Source of the DNA: Octopus bimaculoides
Lineage: Eukaryota
Direction: 5' to 3'
NCBI RefSeq assembly: GCF_001194135.2
Contig: NC_068986.1
Location: 102,763,730 to 102,821,156 of the forward strand
DNA length: 57,427 nt
A program made the translations under genes and the position numbers. This document shows, piece by piece, positions 49,474 through 57,427 of this stretch. A model generated the notes under the pieces. The model was given only the letters and a program-made list of their open reading frames with translations. It searched no databases and was not told the origin of the DNA. Each line of letters begins with the position of its first letter. Position 1 is the stretch's first letter.

Positions 49474-50360
49474 ATGCCTAGAAGGAAAGTGTCAAATTTG
49501 TCTACAATGTCAAGGTCAGCCAAATGAATGTCTCTGTTCAGAGAAAGAGAGACAGCTGCAGAAAGGGTAGCACACCAGGAAATGAACTGTCTCTGCACTA
49601 CTATACCAGATTATCTCAAATTGATGGACAGAGGTATGCACGGCTGACATGAATAGGATCTCCACTGCAGAACGAAGAGCAATTGCATCCGTTCAGAGAA
49701 ACAACTATTATGAAGCAGCTTTCAATTATGATCCAACAGTTCATTATGCTGATGACACAAGAGTTTCCATTGGTGCAATGACAACTGTATGCATACATTG
49801 TAAAGCAAGGAAGCGGCCTAGAGAGACACCTGCACTGTGCTGCAGTGGTGGAAAGGTGAAACTCCTTGCAATCCCCCAACATCCAGAGCCATTGAAGAAA
49901 CTGTTGTCATCATGCGACCAAGATTCCAAGCAATTCCAAAGCAAAATTAGACAATACAACGTTGCACTACAGATGACATCATTTGGAGCCACAAGAGATT
50001 TCACTGAGCCAGGATTCAGGCAAATTTTCAAGATCCAAAGTCAGATTTATTATCGGAGTGGCTCTCTACTACCTACCTATGTGAAATGAATCACCAAAAT
50101 CGGTCTTTCATTGTTTATAATCTGTACCTACTTTTTGGTTAAGAAATAAGCTACATAAAATTTTATATACACATATGAGTTGAACACTTTCTTTCAACAT
50201 TTCACTTAACATCTATGTTCCATGCTGGCATGGATTACAGAGTTATTAATATAGAAAGTAGTTATTTCAACCACTAACAGTTGAGACATGCGATATCTAG
50301 ACGGCGTTCTTAAATTTCATATTTGTTTTTAACCCGGGCAACGCCGGATATTTCTGCTAG
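49474..50360 (+). mobile_element. Internally deleted Helitron: Rep N-terminus plus intact 3' terminus
   Basis: ATG at 49474 (MPRRKVSNL.., with stops); ORF 49649-50089 IGAMTTVCIHCKA...LCCSGGKVKL...PEPLKKLL...IRQYNVALQMTSFG...GSLLP; 3' hairpin CCGGGCAACGCCGG, then CTAG ending 50360 followed by T. The 5' end was not located. Confidence 0.92.
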
Positions 50361-51214
50361 TATATGTGTATGTGTGTGTGCATGGATGCTTGTATGTATG
50401 TACGTATGTATGTACAATTGTATCGATAACCGTATCTGTAATTCGATAGAGTATTTCGTGGTTATACCTTATGTTTGTTGTTCGCTTCCAAACAACTTGC
50501 CCATTTATATAATCCCTTCGTAAAATGGGTTCTTGCTTATAGAACTTATGTATTACATGGTCAACATCTAGGTTGATATAAAACGCCAACACTTAATTGT
50601 TCGTATCACACAAGGCATAACATTGTAGTAATAATCACAGTTTATGTAGTAAATGTTTTTTAGAATTTACAGGCTTTATGTCTTTTCCGGGCTAGTCAAA
50701 CCAGGATATAAACATTGCTGCGTTTCCCAGCAGCTATTTGAATGTTCTGACAGCCGTATATTTGTCTAACATCATCCCTTATGTATGTGTGTGTATGTGT
50801 TTGTGTGTGTGTGCATACTCGTTCGTACGAAATTCATGTTTGGTGTATATACATATTGTGTTGCATGTTGGGTGTCAGTTGTTCGCATTACGACAATCTT
50901 TGCTGTAAACATTTTCTGATTATCTCGACCAAGTTCCTTCATTTCGTCTGCGTTTTAGGCGTAAAAGTTGCAGATTTCACACATGCCCGCGCGCAAACAC
51001 GTATGCAGACAGCCATACACTCACATACGAGACTAGAACACAGAGACATCATACATACGTTTGTGTGTGTGTGTGTGAGATAGAGAATGTGTGTGTGCAT
51101 GCGTGTGTGTGTGTGAGTGTGTGTGAGATAGAGAATGTGTGTGTGTATGCGTGTGTGTGTGAGTGTGTGTATGTCTGTGTATGTGTGTATGTGTGTGTGT
51201 ATGTGTGTGTGTGG

Positions 51215-51245
<31 letters not shown>

Positions 51246-52088
51246 TATATATCTTTGATTGGTCTCTTTATCGCTTCAACTTTGCAACCTTTGTCGCAGC
51301 TACGTGACATCATAAATCATAGTCTTTTCCATCACAACTACCAGCGGAAGTGCTCCAATGTGCTTTCTCTCTTATTTTCAGATGATTTTGTGCCATCTTG
51401 CCTTATCCGGAACTCATACCGTCTTCATCCCAATGCTGTTTTGCTTCCGCGAATAAGGAAATATTCGNNNNNNNNNNNNNNNNNNNNNNNNNNNNNNNNN
51501 NNNNNNNNNNNNNNNNNNNNNNNNNNNNNNNNNNNNNNNNNNNNNNNNNNNNNNNNNNNNNNNNNNNNNNNNNNNNNNNNNNNNNNNNNNNNNNNNNNNN
51601 NNNNNNNNNNNNNNNNNNNNNNNNNNNNNNNNNNNNNNNNNNNNNNNNNNNNNNNNNNNNNNNNNNNNNNNNNNNNNNNNNNNNNNNNNNNNNNNNNNNN
51701 NNNNNNNNNNNNNNNNNNNNNNNNNNNNNNNNNNNNNNNNNNNNNNNNNNNNNNNNNNNNNNNNNNNNNNNNNNNNNNNNNNNNNNNNNNNNNNNNNNNN
51801 NNNNNNNNNNNNNNNNNNNNNNNNNNNNNNNNNNNNNNNNNNNNNNNNNNNNNNNNNNNNNNNNNNNNNNNNNNNNNNNNNNNNNNNNNNNNNNNNNNNN
51901 NNNNNNNNNNNNNNNNNNNNNNNNNNNNNNNNNNNNNNNNNNNNNNNNNNNNNNNNNNNNNNNNNNNNNNNNNNNNNNNNNNNNNNNNNNNNNNNNNNNN
52001 NNNNNNNNATATACAAGATAACAAAAGATGAAGACGGGTGTGTAAACAACAAAGAGATGTATTAGTTTAACGCTTGGAAGGTGCGAAA

Positions 52089-52130
52089 GTCTTTTACGTT
52101 TCGAGCCTACTCTCTTCAACAGAGAGGAAC
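52089..52130 (-). ncRNA. Atypical/degenerate minimal hammerhead-like motif
   Basis: Minus CUCU CUGUUGA A GAG AGUAGG CUC GAAA CG UA AAAGAC. Stem II (GAG/CUC) and the ACGU stem III palindrome are present, but the core has A6U and stem I pairs poorly. Confidence 0.35.
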
Positions 52131-54335
52131 ACAGAAATAAGCAGGAAGAAAAAGGTAAAGTGGCTAGTGAATTATCATGGCGAACGCAGAACAGAGGGGT
52201 CATATATGTATATATATATATATATATATATAAGAGAGAGAGACAGACAGAGAGACAAAGAAACAAGCAGATAGAAAGACAGACAGGTAGACAGATAGAT
52301 GTCTATCAGAGGAACGCTTAGGGTACGATGTTGTTCCTTCACCTGCTCTGAATAGCGAAGACATTTTACTGCAGTCTGTAAAAATGCTTCTTGTAATGTA
52401 GTATTGGTTACAAATTACATAAGAAAAGATACAACGTCTTCTGGAATGACTTTAGAATATGTTCCTGCGATAGCACTTCAGGTAAATAACAAGAACAATG
52501 GCAAAAACAAAAACATCATAGAAATTTGTCTCATTGATATTGAGAATTATTCCGGAGATCATATTCTCGTTATAGTTATTCTTCAAATTATTGATTCCTA
52601 ACTTTACAAAACTCCACTAAATACTATTTAAATGATAAAGCCGATGCAGTTGACCACAAGATAATATAAGAAATATTGTTTTAAATTTGAATATTTATAG
52701 TGAAACCTTGTCCAAATTGACTTAGACACGTATTGGGATATATCAAAATTCTGTCACAATTTAGTCCTGTTTCTTACTACATCGCTCATTTAACTTGACT
52801 TGAAAGCCATAAATTCATTGATAGCAATCAAACCACGTTCTCTTGCTTCCCGTAGAAACGAGCTACTGTTTGCACAACAATACTTTTCAGTCGTTGTTTC
52901 GCATATTAAATATCGTCTGACTACGTCGAGTGAATTAGTATGCATTCTTCTGAAATCACTTGAATAATGTCCAAAAATGATAAACGTTCATAATTTCTGA
53001 TGGGAGCTAATTAACTAGTTATTTAATATCAGTGTTACACGCTATGAGACTATTGAACATGATAGCAGCGTGAGGAATGACTGCAATTTTGTATTGGACT
53101 AAATAACGGCTTCTAAATCTTATGAATGAACCAAGTAAATTGCTCTCCGTCTGGGAAGGTTATCACCAAAATAGTGCATTACACTAAAGAAGATCGTGTG
53201 CAGTATGTAGCTAAACGCTTTTAGAACAAAACGTAGAAATCAAACACTATTCACAAACTTTACACATCAGGCAAATACTTCAGCTATATAATACCAAATC
53301 TAATCTGAAAATTAAAAAAAAGAAACGAGACGTCGTATATTTTAATTATCCTAAAATTCTAATTCTGGCTAAAATCATAGTATAATTATCTAGAACAAGG
53401 ATGCCGAGTTAGATTTTCCAAAAATAATCTTCCGAAAAACTAATAAGATCAAAGCAGGATTACCTTCCTTAATAGGCGTCATCGACGGAGACAACTTGTG
53501 GTAAAATATCTACAGCCACAAGTTTAAAATATAAAACCAGTTGTGAACACTACAGTTTTTTATTGAGATGTCCCCACCCTATTCATTAAAGTAGAACATT
53601 TGCTGTGTATATATGAGAATGATGGGAAAAGGAGAAACAAAGCAGGGATTATGATTTTCCGTATTAGGCTGCAGCGTACATTGTTCTTCCGCTGGAAGCT
53701 CTGCCTGAATAATTCTATAACAGATAACTCTAATGAATGCACCGGATTATAACCATGACAATACAATACAGTGATGAGGTATAAGATATAATGTAAAGAA
53801 AAGTTGAATTCATAGGAACTCATATATATGCATTCGTCCACATCATACAAATAACGTACACATTCGACGTAAAATCACACCTAAGCACAAATGGATGCAT
53901 ATTGCAGAAATAATACACCACACACACACACACAAACACACACACACGCACGCACGCATATATATATATATGAGTGTGTGTGTGAGCGTGTGTGTATATG
54001 CGTGTGTGCGTGTGTGTACAAGCGCACATTTTCACGTGTATATGGGTTCACACCTGCATATGAGTTCGAAGAGTTGATTTATAGATATAACTATTACCAT
54101 ATTCACGTTCACATTGAAATATAAGCTCGTAGATCTGAGGAGAAGTACACATTCATCTATAACATTGGATATTTTCAATTACACATCGACTTGGATGCGC
54201 ATTTTTTATATATTAACACATTTTTCGTATTCAGACGAATACATTAAATGCTGACTACGTAAACAAACGATTCTCGGCGGTGATAAAATTATAATTTCCT
54301 TGTGGCTGAAGCATATTGGCAGTAGCTAATAAACC

Positions 54336-54384
54336 TTTCTATTATAGGCACAAGGCCTGGTTTTTGAGGGAAGGAGCAAGTCAA
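54336..54384 (-). mobile_element. SINE family A tail, truncated
   Basis: TAGGCACAAGGCCTGG...GAGGGAAGGAGCAAGTCAA aligns to 55939-55980. Confidence 0.7.
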
Positions 54385-54414
54385 TTAGGGTTAGGGTTAG
54401 GGTTAGGGTTAGGG
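54385..54414 (+). repeat. Interstitial telomeric repeat (TTAGGG)5
   Basis: Five perfect TTAGGG units. Confidence 0.95.
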
Positions 54415-55934
54415 TAAACGAACACACGTGTGTTGCCTCTCTGCAAAATGTCAGAAGTAATGGAGATTAAATACGCTTTACACCGCTTAAACTGTCAAAG
54501 GAGTAAGTGTAAACAACTAAATACTTGTCAGTGATTGGTTAAAATTATCGAAATAAGACAATTTTTTACATGAAATAAATTCGAATAGAAATTTTTTTTT
54601 CTGCTCTATAACACAAAATAGATAAGTATACGAAGTTTGAAAGTTTTTCGGTACCAAAAACACTACATAAAACATAAATGAAANNNNNNNNNNNNNNNNN
54701 NNNNNNNNNNNNNNNNNNNNNNNNNNNNNNNNNNNNNNNNNNNNNNNNNNNNNNNNNNNNNNNNNNNNNNNNNNNNNNNNNNNNNNNNNNNNNNNNNNNN
54801 NNNNNNNNNNNNNNNNNNNNNNNNNNNNNNNNNNNNNNNNNNNNNNNNNNNNNNNNNNNNNNNNNNNNNNNNNNNNNNNNNNNNNNNNNNNNNNNNNNNN
54901 NNNNNNNNNNNNNNNNNNNNNNNNNNNNNNNNNNNNNNNNNNNNNNNNNNNNNNNNNNNNNNNNNNNNNNNNNNNNNNNNNNNNNNNNNNNNNNNNNNNN
55001 NNNNNNNNNNNNNNNNNNNNNNNNNNNNNNNNNNNNNNNNNNNNNNNNNNNNNNNNNNNNNNNNNNNNNNNNNNNNNNNNNNNNNNNNNNNNNNNNNNNN
55101 NNNNNNNNNNNNNNNNNNNNNNNNNNNNNNNNNNNNNNNNNNNNNNNNNNNNNNNNNNNNNNNNNNNNNNNNNNNNNNNNNNNNNNNNNNNNNNNNNNNN
55201 NNNNNNNNNNNNNNNNNNNNNNNNNNNNNNNNNNNNNNNNNNNNNNNNNNNNNNNNNNNNNNNNNNNNNNNNNNNNNNNNNNNNNNNNNNNNNNNNNNNN
55301 NNNNNNNNNNNNNNNNNNNNNNNNNNNNNNNNNNNNNNNNNNNNNNNNNNNNNNNNNNNNNNNNNNNNNNNNNNNNNNNNNNNNNNNNNNNNNNNNNNNN
55401 NNNNNNNNNNNNNNNNNNNNNNNNNNNNNNNNNNNNNNNNNNNNNNNNNNNNNTTTTCAACACTAAATATGAATAATAAAGTTTTGAAAAATTATTGAAA
55501 AATTAAATTTTGGTAAATTTAAAAGAAAATTCTTTTTAAAGACATATTTGTATAGTATTCAAATAACCGGGGCATTTTTCTTGTTTCTGCTTGTCTCTGT
55601 TTCACTTGTTAACTCTTGTGGGTTCGAAGAAGGAGTGCTATGATAGTAGCAGAGTGTTAATTCGTTGGGTGTCCTGACATTGACCTGTTGACGGTCATAG
55701 TGATCTGTATTGTTTATAATGTTTGCGTAGGTGTTACTCTAAACAGCAGTAGTAGTACTAAAGTAAGGGAGGAGGTGGTGGAAAGGAAGAAGAAGATGAG
55801 GGATGGGGAGAGAAGAGAAGCGTCTATGTGCATAAACGTTTTTAAAATACAATTTGGTGTTTCCTAGATTCGCATTGTTTTAGATTACTATTTATGTTCT
55901 CAAATACTTCTCGCCGCCTTCAATGTTCTTTTGT

Positions 55935-56135
55935 ACCCTAGGCACAAGGCCCGAAATTTGGAGGGAGGGGGCCAGTCGTTTAGATCGACCCCAATACGCA
56001 ACTGATAATTTATTGACCTCGAAAGGAAGAAAGGCAAAGTCGACCTCGGCGGAATTTGAACTCAGAACGTAAAGACAGATGAAATACCGCTAAGCATTTT
56101 GTCCAGCGTGCTAACGGTTCTGCCAGCTCGCCGTC
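55935..56135 (-). mobile_element. Full-length SINE (family A)
   Basis: Same A/B boxes and central domain as 6406-6632. Confidence 0.9.
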
Positions 56136-57390
56136 TGGATATTATTAGTGATATGGATGGTTTCTAGAAGGCAAGTATTCATTAAAAAATTACATCTCCA
56201 CGTTATAAAAATGGGAACAGGTATAAACATGACTATTTGCATTATATTTCCTCTAAATTTTGAGATGATACAGTAATAAAATCTCAGACTTTAAACACTA
56301 TAATGATTTTATATAACGAACTATATATTTTAGCTCTACATCTGTATGCTTATATATATTTGTACAAGTGCATGTACGCATATATGTATATATGAATGTG
56401 TGTATGTGTGTGTACGTACAAGCGTGTGTGTATGTGTGTGTACGTACAAGCGTGTGTGTATGTGTATGTGTGAGCGCGCGCGTGATGTAAATTTGGAGAG
56501 AGAAAGACAGACATACACCGACACGGTGCGGATGATGTAAATGTACTGAACAATTATCGTATCCAGATGTCCTGATTGAAAACTAAATAATAGATGGCGA
56601 GATACTGTAGGCAAATAAATGCTACTGAGATAAACAATGATATAGTGATGTAAGCAGAGAAGATTGGCTGAAGTTTACCTTGTTTTATTATACAAAATAG
56701 CCTGATCATACATTGGAAAACTATGCTTCAATAATTCTTTTCTTATTCCGAGATATAATTTCCCTCACTGACAGCTTTACTGCTAAACAGTAACTACGTA
56801 AGGAGGACATTATTCAGAAATGTCTTTCTGTATAGGTAATCATAGAAATACATCAAATATTTTATTTATGCTAACTTCGCTTTAATTAATATTCTGCTAG
56901 ATAGGAAATATTGTCGGACCTTGATGGACGTACAGACTCCTTTCCAATGAATATGACTACAAAATCCCCATAGAATACCACGCTGTGTAAATGTTAACAA
57001 CTCTAGGCATATACCATCGTTGATGCTGATTATTATAACCATTTATCGTGTAAGAAAACAATAGAGAAGAAATAATTTGAAAGATAAACTTCTACGCATA
57101 CAAAAACTCACTTGTTTATAATAGCTTTCACCTTTTAGAATTGAGAAGGGTAACTAATTTACAATGATGTAAGCATATTTCTTGCATTTAGTTGTTATTT
57201 ATGTGTGTGGAATGGATGCAAACCTTGGTTGATTCAACATTTCGCTTCCGGCCATGTTAATGGTTTCTTAAATGCTTTCTATTATTCGCTGTAGTAAGTT
57301 TCTTTACACTGTACACGAACGCACGCACGCACGCGCGCGAGCGCGCATACGCATGTGTGGGCAATATGTATTTACATGCATATAACTACT

Positions 57391-57427
<37 letters not shown>

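Larger units (their letters stand above)
944..55453. other. Assembly gaps (17 N-runs)
   Basis: N-runs at 944-1832, 4764-4863, 8155-8897, 10815-10824, 16127-16255, 17090-17972, 18750-18759, 20630-20857, 23247-23902, 31116-31125, 33269-34071, 34961-35392, 42756-43340, 43992-44147, 48055-48239, 51468-52008 and 54684-55453. Most abut (TA)n, (CA)n or (GA)n tracts. Confidence 0.98.

Noticed and set aside
53560-53850. 96-aa ORF with NPVHSL...FRQSF reminiscent of GPCR TM7/helix 8
   Set aside because: The NPxxY tyrosine is absent, the spacing is wrong and there are no other TM exons; likely chance.
731-55466. Long ORFs in the track made of X runs or YI/HT/CV/poly-L repeats
   Set aside because: They are translations of N-gaps and microsatellites, not genes.
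55528-55738. Minus-strand open frame after a TTTAG acceptor (possible terminal exon)
   Set aside because: Unrecognised low-complexity peptide with no upstream exon evidence.
51062-56465. Short tandem duplications (about 52 bp at 51062-51165; 28 bp at 56408-56463)
   Set aside because: They lie within (TG)n tracts and are ordinary slippage products.
1-57427. CRISPR arrays, rRNA genes, conserved metazoan miRNAs
   Set aside because: No regularly spaced repeat-spacer units, no rRNA motifs, and no mature miRNA sequence recognised by eye; a database search would be needed to exclude lineage-specific miRNAs.

Overview
57.4 kb of AT-rich, microsatellite-dense eukaryotic DNA from a gapped short-read assembly (17 N-gaps, one Illumina adapter remnant). 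The SINE families and repeat landscape suggest a cephalopod, probably Octopus; this is inference from pattern recall, not a search result. No host protein-coding gene can be supported: nearly all long ORFs in the track are N-run or microsatellite artefacts. The window is mostly transposon relics: three tRNA-derived SINE families; CR1/L2, Tx1/L1, RLE-type and Penelope-like retroelements; Tc1 and mariner, hAT-like, Chapaev-like and Helitron DNA elements; a MITE; and a tRNA-Asp pseudogene. The most notable signal is a hammerhead ribozyme (HHR) system. An intact-looking extended type I HHR (13496-13593, GUA cleavage triplet, palindromic stem III, possible bulge-loop pseudoknot) sits inside a non-coding 460-bp unit with a 54-bp terminal direct repeat and an 85-bp inverted 5' segment, which is Penelope/retrozyme-like architecture. 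Two more degenerate HHR-like motifs of different sequence and a decayed Penelope-like RT also occur. Other oddities are a multi-switch inverted duplication (41114-42586), a (TTAGGG)5 tract joined to a broken SINE through TTAG microhomology, and an apparently ORF1-only Tx1/L1 element.
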